From Dimorphilus gyrociliatus (lineage: Eukaryota > Animalia > Annelida), in the NCBI GenBank assembly GCA_904063045.1, contig CAJFCJ010000005.1, positions 2,660,165 to 2,724,164 on the forward strand: 64,000 nucleotides of DNA, in the 5' to 3' direction. Made by a program: the position numbers and the translations under genes. The notes beneath the pieces are model-generated. The model was not told the DNA's origin. It made no database searches and was given only the letters and a program-made list of their open reading frames with translations. Shown piece after piece: positions 22,220 to 35,126 of this stretch. Numbering within the stretch: position 1 is the stretch's first letter; each line of letters begins with the position of its first letter.

Positions 22220-25200
22220 ATGCTTCGTCATGTAATTAATTCTAGTAATCTTATAAAAATTCCCCATTTCAAACATAAACTCTCTTGGGAAATAAAGAAA
22301 AAATCAAAGTTTGTACACTTCTATATTATCGGCGTAAATCATGTGTCATTCTATTACATTAAATACAGATTATATTTGGTATCGCGCAACTTCTTTATAT
22401 CTTCAGTTTCCCAAAATGACAAAACAGTATGGAAGCTTTTGTTGCAAAATTTATTTATAGATCGCTAGTATCAAACAACAATAACCTACAGATTCCTATT
22501 CCCGAACAATTTACGCCAGACAGAATAAGAAATTTTAGCATAATTGCACATGTTGATCATGGGAAGAGTACTTTAGCAGATCGCTTATTGGAAATAACCG
22601 GTAGGAATCTAAGCATCTTTTTCAATATTCTCATTTTTAAAAGACAATTTCGAATCTTTAACGACGTATCGTGCCTGATTTGACTCAAATTCTATGCTTT
22701 CATCAATCACATGTAAATCAACTGTACAAACAGACGCGTATCTACAAAGAATGACATTGTGGAAAGCTTTACGGCACTCTGATGAGGTTATATAGAATAG
22801 AATAGGCATCAAAGCACTTTGAATTTCTGTCAAACAATAGCTCACTCTATGCAGGGTATGTGGTAACTTTTTCCAACTTCTATCAATAGCGTAGAAGAAT
22901 GGATAGGGTATCCAACTACATGAAAAAATAATGAAAGCAATCGCAATTATTTTAATATTTTTTAAAACCGGTTGCATCGTCCTTTGCATGAGTGGATTGA
23001 TTTTGCAGTCATTAGAAAAGTATAGCTTGCAATAGCAATAAATAATAATTGAATAGTTAACAGCGGCTAGAATAACTGATATAATAACATCAGACTTTTG
23101 CGATTCATAAATACAAGCAGCATATACATTATTAAAGATGTACAAATTGTTGTCTAACAAATGACTTTTAATTAGAATTGTCGCAATGAATATAACCCAT
23201 AATATCATAAAGATAACTGACAGGAACATCCTCGAGAATATTTTCCTATATATTGTATATTTTTGAGCTACGTATAATCGTCGATTAATGGCAATGAATG
23301 TATGAGTTGTTAATCCAACACAAAACAATGCGACATGTATGGCTGGTGTACATCTGCAAAAAGTCAATCCTGCTAACCACTTTCCTTTATACATTGCCTC
23401 TATATGCAGGGGAGATATTAGTGCTGCCTGCAATATGTTAGCCAAGGCCAAATTGGCTAATAAGACGTTGACCGTTTTCTGTAGCATTTTAGTCGATACG
23501 ACTGTTAGGATGAAGAAGACATTACCTATAAGAGTCGTAAGGGCAGAGAAGGTTAAGAGAGCAACGAAGGTCAGGCGTTCTTTCTTCGATATAATATGAG
23601 ATCCATTTCTAGTAATGTTGTCATCCCCGAACATTTGTTAGATTTCCAACGTACACAAGGCGTGACAAAAGTGAACTAAATAGACACAGCAGGGCGTTAC
23701 TATCGATTCTCGATGTACGACGCTAGTGATGCCTACTAACCGTAAAACATGTCTTCTTTATAGGTACAATATCATCTAATGCAAAGAACGAACAGGTGCT
23801 GGACAAATTACAAGTGGAAAGGGAACGAGGAATTACAGTTAAAGCACAAACAGCCTCTTTAATTTATAACCACCAGGGAATCGAATATTTACTTAACTTA
23901 ATTGATACACCGGTTGGGTACATATTTTTATTTAAATTCAGCCGTCGATTTTATGGATATTTTTGCATTATCTAGGGCCATGTTGATTTTAACTATGAGG
24001 TAGCAAGGTCATTGGCCCCCTGTCAAGGCGTAATCCTACTAGTAGACGCTAACCAGGTCATTTTTCTTCATCAGACGAATGATGTATATAAGTTATTCCA
24101 CTTTTTTTTATTTATATTCAGGGAGTACAGGCACAAACAGTTGCTAACTTCTATTTAGCTTTCGAAGCAGAACTTGCAATAATTCCAGTTATGAACAAGA
24201 TTGATTTGAAGGTGGCAAAACCGGATGAAGTCATGAAACAGTTGCATAACGTTTTTGATATTAGAGAGTCAGAAGTGTTAAAGGTTAATATTGAGTTATT
24301 AAAAACATTTGGCTTTATTGTACGACCCAATTCTCCTTGCAAAAATTAATTATCATGTACTTATTATCTAGATTTCTGCTAAAAATGGTACAGGCGTTGA
24401 AAATGTTTTAAAAGCTGTTATAGAGAGGATTCCACCGTATTTTTCTACCTTTTATGTTAAAAATGTTATCTATTTATGTGTTCTATCTTTATCGCAGACC
24501 CAACGACTGCGACAGAGAAAAGCCTCTAAGGGCATTGATATTTGACTCTTCTTACGATAAATACAAAGGAACTATGGTTAATATAGCGGTTAAAGATGGT
24601 ATAATTCGTCGAGGACAAAAAATTCAATCAATTCATAATAAAAAGACATATGAAGTAAATGAAATTGGTTTATTACATCCTGACAGACTGCAAACTGACG
24701 GATTGTGAGTCTTATAAAATCCTTTCGCAAACTGCAGAACATTTCATATATAAATCCTTCTTTAAATCTAGATATGCAGGCCAAGTTGGCTACCTTTTTG
24801 CAAATATCAAAGCTGTCGGAGAAGCAGTTATAGGAGATTGCTATCACAAGGCAGGACAACAAATTGAACCTTTATCGGGCTTTAAACCGGCTAAACCAAT
24901 GGTTTTTGCTGGAATATATCCAACCGATCAATCAGAATATCCTTCATTACGCACGGCTCTCAGTAAATTAATGATGAATGATCCGAGCGTTTCCATTCAC
25001 AAAGACAGTAGGTAAATAACAGTAAAAGTTTTTTTTTGTTTAAAAAATTTATAACAATTTACTTATAGTGATGCCTTGGGACAAGGATGGCGAGTAGGAT
25101 TCCTAGGGCTATTACATATGGACGTCTTTTGCCAAAGACTAGAGCAAGAATTTGATACAAATGTAATAATAACTTCACCAAATGTGCCTTTTAAAGGTAA

Positions 25201-26886
25201 ATTTACAAATCTAGCAACGCTCATACCATTAAATTATATACCGTATTTATTCAGTCAAAATAACTGGGGATAAATTCATCAAAGAATATGGAGGAGATGA
25301 AGTAACTATATTGAATCCAAGCAAAGTATAAAATAAAATATTCTGAATAATTGCATGATTTCAAATGCTCTCTTTCTCTCACAGTTACCATCAACTCAAA
25401 TTATCTCTGAATACCAAGAACCTATAGTTAAAGGGACGATAATCACACCGGACGAATTCTTGGCGGAAATTATTGATTTACTCATGGTTCGATATTCTTT
25501 TTAGTTAATGCTGATTTCATACTATGCTAATATTATTAGGATAAAAGAGCAAGAAACATCGAACAATCCTACATTGACAACAAAAGAATAATCTGCACTT
25601 GTATATTACCGCTAAATGAAATCGTAATAGATTTTTTCGATCATTTAAAATCTATTTCGTCTGGATATGCCAGGTATCAAATTTAATAATTATTCTTTTG
25701 AGAAGAATATTAAGTAAATGAGACCCACTAACTTCTTCAATGCCTTTAATATTGTCTCTGTAGGAACGTCTTTAAATAGCTCGCACTTAGACATGATTGT
25801 GTATATGGCAAAGGAATTTGATGAACAAATGCTATATACCTTTTACAGTAAAGATTGATTTTGTTCTCTATGCGAATTGTTTAACTCTAAGAAATATCTA
25901 AATAGAACAAAATTAACAATGGTACATAATTTTTAAATCGACTTCTCACAAAGATTTTTGTTTTGAATTATTAAGCATTTCTAATGAAAATTTGATCACT
26001 TAGAGCTACTCATAAACTTTATTCTGTATTTATTATGCTGCATTCTCCATGTATACTGAAAAGCACACCATCTCTTACTTATTATATTTATATAGCGCTC
26101 TTTATCTTTATGCGCATTAAATAGTTTTACTTATTTCTCGTTATACTTACTCTAATTTATAATTAATCATATATATAAAAGGCAAGAGTATGTAAATTCA
26201 TAATGTAGAATAGAGGTTTAGCTTTATGATGTATTATTTTAATGAGAAGGAGATACCATAAGATCTGCACTATTATAAAATTACAATATTTTGCTCACAT
26301 TTTTGCTTAAAGACGTGCACACATCTAAATCTAAAAGCACTTGTTATACAAGACAAATAAATACAATTTTAATATATGTACTTTAAGCTTTGACTATGAA
26401 GACCAAGGTTATCAGGAAACAAGCTTAGCAAAGGTAAAGTAAATTCTCTTTACTACTTTTCTCTTTGAGACAATATTCATGTTCTTCAGATCGAAATTCT
26501 CCTTAACAAGAAAGAAGTACAAGAACTTTCTCAAATTGCTCACGTTTCTAAAGCAGTATCTAAGGCTCGAAGCATGGTCTACAAGTTAAAAGAAACATTA
26601 CCTAGACAACTTTTTGAAGTCATTATTCAGGCAAAGGTTGGTGGTAGAATAATTGCGCGGGAAAACTTAAAAGCTCTCCGAAAAGACGTTCTTGCCAAAT
26701 GTGTAAGTATAATTGATATTTTATTTACATTATTTGTAATTGCAAATATCTTAGTATGGTGGAGATGTGACGAGGAAAATGAAATTGCTGAGACGACAAG
26801 CCGAAGGCAAGAAACGTTTAAGGAAAATAGGAAATATTACAGTGCCAAAAGACACTTTTATATCTGTATTAAAAACTAGTAGATAG
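22220..26886 (+). CDS. GUF1: Mitochondrial translation factor GUF1/EF-4 (LepA), multi-exon
   Basis: [122 protein letters not shown]...[11 protein letters not shown]; stop TAG 26884-26886. The N-terminus is basic and presequence-like; the start (ATG 22220) is less certain. Confidence 0.95.
22609..23634 (-). CDS. Rhodopsin-class (class A) GPCR, intronless, nested antisense in a GUF1 intron; closest in motif pattern to the Tre1/moody/melatonin-receptor-like group
   Basis: 341 aa with seven hydrophobic segments; N-terminal N-glycosylation sequons (NIT, NGS); TM1 GN; TM2 LANLALAN; W-x5-C...P into TM3; AINRR at the DRY position; TM6 CSWIP; TM7 MPILFY. It lies inside GUF1 intron 22601-23763. Confidence 0.88.
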   Translation of the reverse strand: MFGDDNITRNGSHIISKKERLTFVALLTFSALTTLIGNVFFILTVVSTKMLQKTVNVLLANLALANILQAALISPLHIEAMYKGKWLAGLTFCRCTPAIHVALFCVGLTTHTFIAINRRLYVAQKYTIYRKIFSRMFLSVIFMILWVIFIATILIKSHLLDNNLYIFNNVYAACIYESQKSDVIISVILAAVNYSIIIYCYCKLYFSNDCKINPLMQRTMQPVLKNIKIIAIAFIIFSCSWIPYPFFYAIDRSWKKLPHTLHRVSYCLTEIQSALMPILFYITSSECRKAFHNVILCRYASVCTVDLHVIDESIEFESNQARYVVKDSKLSFKNENIEKDA

Positions 26887-27703
26887 AATAAACCACATAT
26901 TCTATAAATAAGTAATTATTTGCTTGAATTTGTTTTTTCATTTCTCCAAAGTTTCATTTAAAATAGAAAATAAGACTTATTGCATTTTTTCGATTTCGAA
27001 GAAATAAGTGAAAAACAGATACAGTGCCATGGAAACTGTTCGGTTTCCAAGAAAAACAAGTAACGATTTCACTGCAAAACTTCTAACAATGACGTCAAAC
27101 TGAATCGAACAGATATGAAACTATAATTATTCGCTGACTCTCTTTTCCTCTTATATACGAAATGAGACAAAATTCGCCTGATTTATCTCTAGACGAGCAT
27201 TCGTGACTATATCTACGTGGTATAAACGTCTTTCACCGTATTTTGAAGGTCACGAAAGAAACAGTTAAAAAAATACAATCAAATCTCTAGGTAATAATAA
27301 TCTTTGACTTTCTTAAAATATCAATAACTTTTAATGCTTCTGTTTGATTCTTTCATGTACTTAAAGTCATTAGAAGCTAACAAAAGAGTCTTAAGATTAT
27401 TGAAAAGAGTATTATAATTTTACATGGTAAATTCTGGTGCATTTATCAGAAAAATATCTTGGTGAGCTTTTTCCACAACCTGTACGACCTTCAGGAAAGT
27501 TTGTTTAAACGGGAGAAATATGCAATGTGCGTCACTAAGTAAAACTGAAAGCTATACCAGCGATTGAGATAATAAATATTATTGTATCTCTTTTTTATTA
27601 TAATAACACGGTTACTTGATAAAAAAAATTATATCGACTAAATTTAGTCAGTCCTATGGCACCACGGTTCACAGAGCGATATTAGGGTGAAAACAAAAGA
27701 AAC

Positions 27704-30233
27704 ATGTTAAAAGGAATCAGCTTTCATGTTAAAAGGCGAATAGGCACAGCTTCAAAACTAGTGACGACTTTTAACCAGCGGCCCAAGAAAAAATTTAGTC
27801 TAAACTATCCCAAGAGCTCGGTTGTAAGTATAAATTAAGGTTCTGAAGCGAAATACTAAACTCTATACCTAAAAGGGATTATTCAACATATCAGAACTAA
27901 ATCATCCTGATGGCTTCAAGGTTCTTTTAGATAGGGCTCAAACAAGGGTAAGGGAACTTTTCGATGAAGCCATTGCTCAAGACAGAAAGAGAATACTAGT
28001 GGAAATTTTTGATGACATGTCCAATACAATTTGTAAAGTAGCGGATATGGTAATTGTGCACAGTTGATTAGCTTTCAAAACATTATTCAGTTGTTTTTTA
28101 GTCAGATTTTGTTAGAACATGTCATCCGAACTTAAAAATGGCAGGAGCGGCTGACGAAGCTTTTATGAATTTGTCACGATTAGTTGAAGAGTATGGGTTA
28201 TTTATATCCTAAAAATTTAATGAAAGTATTATATTTTAATTAGATTGAATACCAACAAAACAATTCATGAAGCTTTAAAATATACTCTAAAAAATCAAGA
28301 TGTTAAGGAGTTGACTGATGTTGACAGACGTGTCGGCTGGATGTTTATTAACGATTATGAACAATCACTTGTGGCGGACGATAAGAAGGTATAAAAGGAA
28401 ACACATAAGTAATATTAATAAAAACAGGCGACATTAAATTTGACCAGGCTAAAGAATTTGTTGACATTACAAATGAAATTTTGAGACTTGGTACTAAATT
28501 TTCGCAGAACTGCGCTATTCCCGTAGGCATTCCTACCGAATTTCTACCGAAAGATTTATTGAATGTGTATGCTTTCAATTTCAAGTTCAAACTACTTTTT
28601 AATTAAATTATGTCATTCTATATTAGGTTTCCAAAGAATGGAGGCCATAGTCTTATTACACATCAGTATTCTTTTCACCATAATGAAAAAGTAAGAGAGA
28701 CTGGCTATAAATTATTTTACGGAGAGGAAAAGTCCCAGTTGGAAATATTGGACCAATTACTGCTGGCGCGTTATAAATTGGCTGAAGTAACAGGTTTCAA
28801 AAGTTACGCAGAGAGATCTTTAAATCAAACTATGGCTCAAACTCCAGAATTTGTTGATTCATTTCTACAATCTTTATCAGAAAAAATACGACCAAAGTAG
28901 GTTAAAACCTAAAATACTATTTTCTTTAAACAGTTTCTTAAATAGAGTCGACGAAGAAATGAGAGAAGTTTCAAAAGCACATGAAAAAAATTTTGGTAGT
29001 AAAGTATGTTATTATCTATCAGTCCATATGTATTTATACTTCGCTATAATTGTAACTTTTATGACAGGAAGTTCAAGTATGGAATACCCATTACTTGTGC
29101 AATCAAATAAGCCAAATGAAAAATAACTTTAAAGCTAGTGAGATTGCTCCATACTTGTCTTTGGGAACTTGCATGGAGGGACTAAATAATCTTATTCAGG
29201 AGATCTTTCGAATTAGTTTGAACGTTGAAGATACAGAACCAGGAGAGATTTGGCACGAGGATATTAAGAAAATTGTAGTTAGAGATGAAGAAAATAATGA
29301 CTTAGGGACAATATATTGTGATTTTTTTGAAAGACAAGGTAAACTTCCTCAAGAGTGCCATTTTACAATTTGTGGAGGAAAAGAAATGGCAGATGGAACC
29401 TATCAAAACCCAATAATAGTAGTTCATCTTAATCTCCCAAAATCTAGTTATCCATGTCTTTTAAATACGCAATCCTTAGAAAATTTGTGGCACGAATTTG
29501 GGCATGCGATACACTCAATGTTGGGAAGAACATATTATCAACACACTACAGGAACTAGATGTCCATCAGATTTTGCAGAAGTTCCTTCAATATTTTTAGA
29601 AAAGTTTGCAAGTGATCCAAGAGTTCAAAAATCATTTGCAAAACACTATGAAACAGGTGAAGAGTTATCCGAGAAAAAAATACTTAATTTGAATAAATCA
29701 AAAAAAATGTTCAGTGCAATGGTAAGACTTTTCTTTAAGAAAGTCCTGATGATTGCATAATTTCTTTTGAAATAGGAAACGAACGAACAACTATTCTACT
29801 CTATGATTGATCAAGCTTACCATGGACCACACCCTTTAAAAGGCAGTACAACACAAATCTTACAGAATATTATGAAAACATACTATCATCTACCTTTCGT
29901 TAAAAACACCGTAAGTAGTTTATACTTCTTATTTTCAGTAAGGAATTTATGATACATTGAACTTTTCAGGCTTGGCAGGGAAGATTTAGTCATCTTAATG
30001 GCTATGGTGCTAAATACTATGCATATATTCTCTCCAGAGCTGTAGCAGAATCAATTTGGCAAGAAGCCTTCGAAAAAGATCCTTTTAGCCGAACTGCTGG
30101 AGAAAGATATAAGAAAAAAATCTTAGTTCATGGGGGATCACGCCCGCCATACGACTTGGTAAAAGATATGCTGGGTTCAAATATCAACAGTTCTACTCTT
30201 GTTAATTCACTTTCCAGGTCATTTGAACGTTGA
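27704..30233 (+). CDS. MIPEP: Mitochondrial intermediate peptidase (M3A), multi-exon
   Basis: [93 protein letters not shown] zinc motif, [32 protein letters not shown]; stop TGA 30231-30233. Confidence 0.95.
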
Positions 30234-30864
30234 TGAAATTTGAAACTGTTTATATTATTATCTTACGTTTTTTATTGAACTTAGGTAAAAAAATTTAACG
30301 CGTTTATAAGACTTGTTATTTCGTCCTCAAATAGTTCATACACAAATGTCAAAAAAGATTCATTATTTCAAAAGTTAGAGACATTCACGAAAGGGATCAA
30401 CGTGTTGTTACAAATGAGTTACTTTTTTAATTACTAGTTAAAATATCAGATTTCTTCCTGATGTATGGAAAATACAGACTAATGAACACAGAAAATTCAC
30501 AGTTAAATGGCTTAACGATTTCTCTAACATTCTCTCTACAATATAACTTTAAAATATTATTATTTACCCTGTTGTTGAGCTGTAGTAAAATGAAGCTTCG
30601 AAGCGTGAAATAGTTAAATCCGAATAAAACGGAACTTGAATATTAATCGATTCCGTATCGATTATTTCGATATCGATATCAATAAGAACTCGATATTCAA
30701 ATTCGAACGAGAGCGGAACATTTCGGTCTTTATAAAAAGAACATTTTTAAAAATAATATTCCAAGAAAAGTCCTTTTCAGTACTTTTCAGGATAAAGTTG
30801 CGAAAAACAATATTCTTTTAATATAAACTACCTTTAACGCAACTATTCTCTTACAGCGGCAAAG

Positions 30865-33800
30865 ATGAACTGGTCACGAGTTGATAAAACCAGCAAAAAA
30901 GCTGTCGAGGCTAAGATGCTAAAGGTAAGAAAAATTTTACTATTAAATCAGTAAAATTTAAAATATTTCGTTTATTGAGCAGCAGAGTTTTGCCAAATTA
31001 AAACGAAACCAAACAATGAAGAGACAAAGTCACGATTTAGAATTCCTAATGCTCGGCAAAAATAAGAAAAAAGAAGATTCCAGCAAGCATATTCAGATGA
31101 ACGAGGACAACAGATCTACTTCGACAATTTTGTTACCTAATGAGAAAGAAAAAATAGAAAGAGTTCTAAGGGACGCAAGATCGAAATCCAGAGACATAGG
31201 TAAAGCAGAGAAGCTAATGAAAACGCCACTAAATAAACTTATTCCAAAGAATAGGCAGCTTGGTAACACCAGTGAATTTTCTTTTAGAGTAACAATGCGT
31301 TCTTTTTCCAATCATTAGAGGTTTTTTGATTTTCTTATACTTCAATTTTTGCAGCCAATGGTTGCTACTCCAGCTAGTTCAAAATCTGTGATATTCAACG
31401 ACCAATCTCCAACTGTGCATACTTTTTCAAATTATCCTGTAGTAAATACAGTGGGAGATTCTGATCCGGAAAACTTTCCTTCCACTGTGCAGACTGATTT
31501 CAATAATTCAGAAAATGAAAACGACATATTTGTAAAGCCTAAAAAAGTTCCCAATAATTTCTTTTCTCCAAATAGTTCCATTCATGACAAAAATATTAAG
31601 TGGAAACAGAATTTTCCTTTAAAGGAAATTAAGTCAAAAGAAATTACTACGGATGACAGCGCAATGGATATAGCAGAAAATCTTTACTCAGATTCTCCTA
31701 ATATTATTTACTCCGCAAGCAATAGTTCTTCAGGATGTTTGCCTAAAAATACAGCTGGAATAGTTTTTGATGAAATACCTAAAACGAATTCATCTAATAA
31801 TGATTTTGTTCGACCAAAGCCGAAATTGGGAAATTACTTACAAAATAGTGAAGAAGAATTATCAAAATTATTGCCAGATTTGAATAATGAAATTACTAAA
31901 TTTCAACAAAAACCCATTTCAAACCCTAAGTCATCCGGCATTTTCCAGAACAAACAAGCTTTATCTCCTAAAAAGAAACTTATGGGAATAAATGTTCATG
32001 GGTTTAATGAAGAAGAAGATAACGATGATAAAATGTCACAATGTTCGTATCGGTTTCCACCATTTACTTGGGTAAGTTTTGTGCGCTAAGGCAAAAGATA
32101 AAAATTAGATCCCTTTTTATGTAAACAGAGCCCTTCTACATGTGCTGATAAGGAGGATACAGAAAATGATATCAATAGTCAAGGGGAATTAAAAGAAATT
32201 GACTCAGATCATAGGATAGAATCGTTGAAGACCTGTAAAATTCCTACAAAGAAAACTGAAAATCACAACGAAAAAATTGTATCAGATACTAGTCTCTTTA
32301 CTAAAATAGACTGGGTACGTTTTCACAGAATGAATTTGTAACTCTTTTAATAACTACTAAACCAAAAATGTATATCGGCAGAGCACACGTGAAAGAGGGT
32401 CTGATGAAATGATTCCCTCTAAAGAAAATTTTCCGAATTTATTTGTTTCTCCGGTATGTCAAACTTTATAATCGACATGTACAGATGAATTTAGGCTCAT
32501 TTTGGCACATGTTTCAGGATCTATCCCACAAGAAGTTAGCCTCCGAAAATCTATCTGACGACTTTAAATTTATTGTTGGTAGCATTAAAATAATTTTTAG
32601 TTTTAAAAGATTTTTCGCAGATCTCTCCAGGTAATCATTTGGAATCTTTAAGCAACCAAAATATCCCAGATCCCGTAAAACTTAAGGAATCCTTCGATGA
32701 TGAAGTAATATGGGAAAAATTTTCTTCATTGATTGATGAACAGGTTAATATCTTTCATTCTTGTTAATGTACTGAAATTTAATTAAAAAAAAAATAGTTT
32801 TTATCTGCTTTTATTGCTCTATGCTAATAATCTACCCTAATATTTATGCAGGTAACTAAGGAAGAGAAAACATCTGAAACCGACAGTCCAACATGGACGA
32901 AAAAAAAGGAAGAAACTATAAGAAAAGTTTCCAATAAAGAAAGAGTGCTAATGAAATTTGGATGTAAAACATTTGCAGGAGGGATCGAAATAAATTATAC
33001 AAAAAAGACAGCTTCATATTCTCCCCGTTTCTCAAATATTACAGAAAGTGTTACCACTCATTCGGAGAACACAACCAGTCAAAATGAGGATATAAAATCG
33101 ACAGACAAAGTTATTGAGCAAAGTGATAACAAAAAGTTGGAAAATAAAACCAGCCATTCAACTTTAACCTCTAAGAGAGGTGATTGCCAGTTTTCCCAGG
33201 ATAGCCTCGAAGAGTTTACTTGCGAAAACGAACTTATGGATGTTTTTGAAAAAAGTGATTTAAACAACTGTAAAGAAGAAATCGTTAAATATTCAACATG
33301 CTCTACTCAAACTTCTCCAACAAAAAAGCTATTCAGAGATATTGGGACTATTACTTTAGTAGATTTAGACACTTCAAAGGGAACACAAACTGATGTTGTA
33401 GCTGCTAAATTGGATAAGGCCATTAATACTGAAAATCAAAGTATAAACTCAGTTGCGCTGCAAACTTCACCAACATTGAGCAGGAATATAGTGGATTGTG
33501 CATCAAGTCCTGTAAAATTTCCATGCACAAAAAATAATTCTTGCATCTCTCTAGATAATAGTGAAAGCACTAGTATAGAGAACAATTACAATAAGCATGA
33601 CTATGATATGGAAATTGATAGTGATAAAAGTTTATTTGACGAGACAACAGAGGAGAACTTAGAACTTTCGGGAAAAAATGAAACAGAAAAGGAAAACTCC
33701 AGTGTGTCTAATTGTAAAATTAGCACTTCTGAAAGTAAAAACAGAACTACAAACTCTCAAACTACCATTTCTGAAAAAGAAATCGGTAAGTCTGAAGGTG

Positions 33801-35126
33801 TCGATGACGCCAAGCTTCAATCTTCCCAAGTTGTCCCCAGTCACACAAATGAAACTTTGGCAACTGTTATGAGTGATGATGATTTATTCTGTGAAAATCC
33901 ATCGAGACAGGTTAGACACTCGGCAAGGGAAAATATTTCGGAAGCATGTGATATCGACAAAAAAGCAATTGTTCCTTCAAACGAACTAGCTATGAATGAT
34001 TTCAATAAACAAGGAGAATCCGACAAACATAAAAATTCAGATAAGGTGAAATCTGCAATCAGTTTAAATGAAAATAAAGCCTGTGGACAAGTTCCAATAG
34101 TAGATATAGAAGCGGAAGAACAGTCTTTAGACAATCAAATGAGCAATAGATTAGATCCGGCAACAGAAAATTTTCATTTCAATCCAATTGATTCATCAAC
34201 TCAGGATAGAAATCTTATCCAACATAAGAAATCTAAAACCACAGCAATTGAAAATACAAATCCTGACAGAAAAGCAAGCGATTTTCACGAAAACTTGGAA
34301 GACAAAGATAAAGATAAACAAGACAAATTACTTGAGAAAGACATCCCCACGAATATATCAAGCTCTCCTAAAGAAGCATGTAAAGAAGGCAAATTTCGGG
34401 AGAGTCAAAATTCAAGTAATGAAATAAGTGACATAAAACTTGAGAATTCCAATACTTTACAATCCGATATTGAAACAACCAATTTATTAATTTTAAAAGA
34501 TTGCATGGATAAGTTTTTACTCACAATGAAGTCACCGGTAATTAACAAGACAAAAGAAGAAAATTTTAATAAAATTGACTTAGAAGTCGAAGACAACTCA
34601 CCAAATTCAGAAGAAGCAAATAACCATAAAATTGACATGAACGACGATCCTATTGTATTTTTGGACACCCAGGATGTTGTTAACTTAGAATACGATAATG
34701 AAAGTTTTTCAGGTTCACAAACAGCCGTCAATGAAGTTGTTTCTAAATTCAAAATAAATAATCCCACTTCAATTATTGACTTAACAAATGATACGGATGT
34801 AGAGAGTCAGCAAAGTCAAAAAAGTTTGCAAAAGACGCCAGAAAAACCAAAAGTAGTATATATTTAAAACATTAAACATTTTTAATTGAACTTAAATTTT
34901 CTAGGCTCAATCATTCAAGAGAAAAATAAACGCTTGGAAACCACCTACAAAGCGATTAAATCTCAGTCCTGCTGACAATGAAAAGTCAATAGAAGATAAA
35001 GACTCTTGCATGGAAATAAAAAGTCCTCACGAAATGTTAACTCAAGCATTTTTTCAATGTCTAAATGAACTGAATGATAAGTCGCCAGGAAAAGAATTGG
35101 ATACGGGGAGCTTAACAGTTACTTAA
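30865..35126 (+). CDS. Large (~1200 aa) mostly disordered protein; N-terminus resembles REDIC1/C12orf40 (DUF4552)
   Basis: Spliced start MNWSRVDKTSKKAVEAKMLK|SFAKLKRNQTMKRQSHDLEFLMLGKNKKKEDSSKHIQMNED, followed by S/T/N/E/K-rich exons (31349-32072, 32852-34854) and a last exon 34904-35126. The similarity to C12orf40 (MNW..SRV...S.D...L.M...KKK...H..MN) is from memory. Confidence 0.6.

Noticed and set aside
22609-23634. Nested GPCR as an opsin
   Set aside because: There is no Lys at the retinal-binding position (Glu instead), and the NR motif plus TM3 Pro pattern fits Tre1/moody/melatonin-like receptors better. A phylogeny would be needed to exclude a Lys-less opsin.
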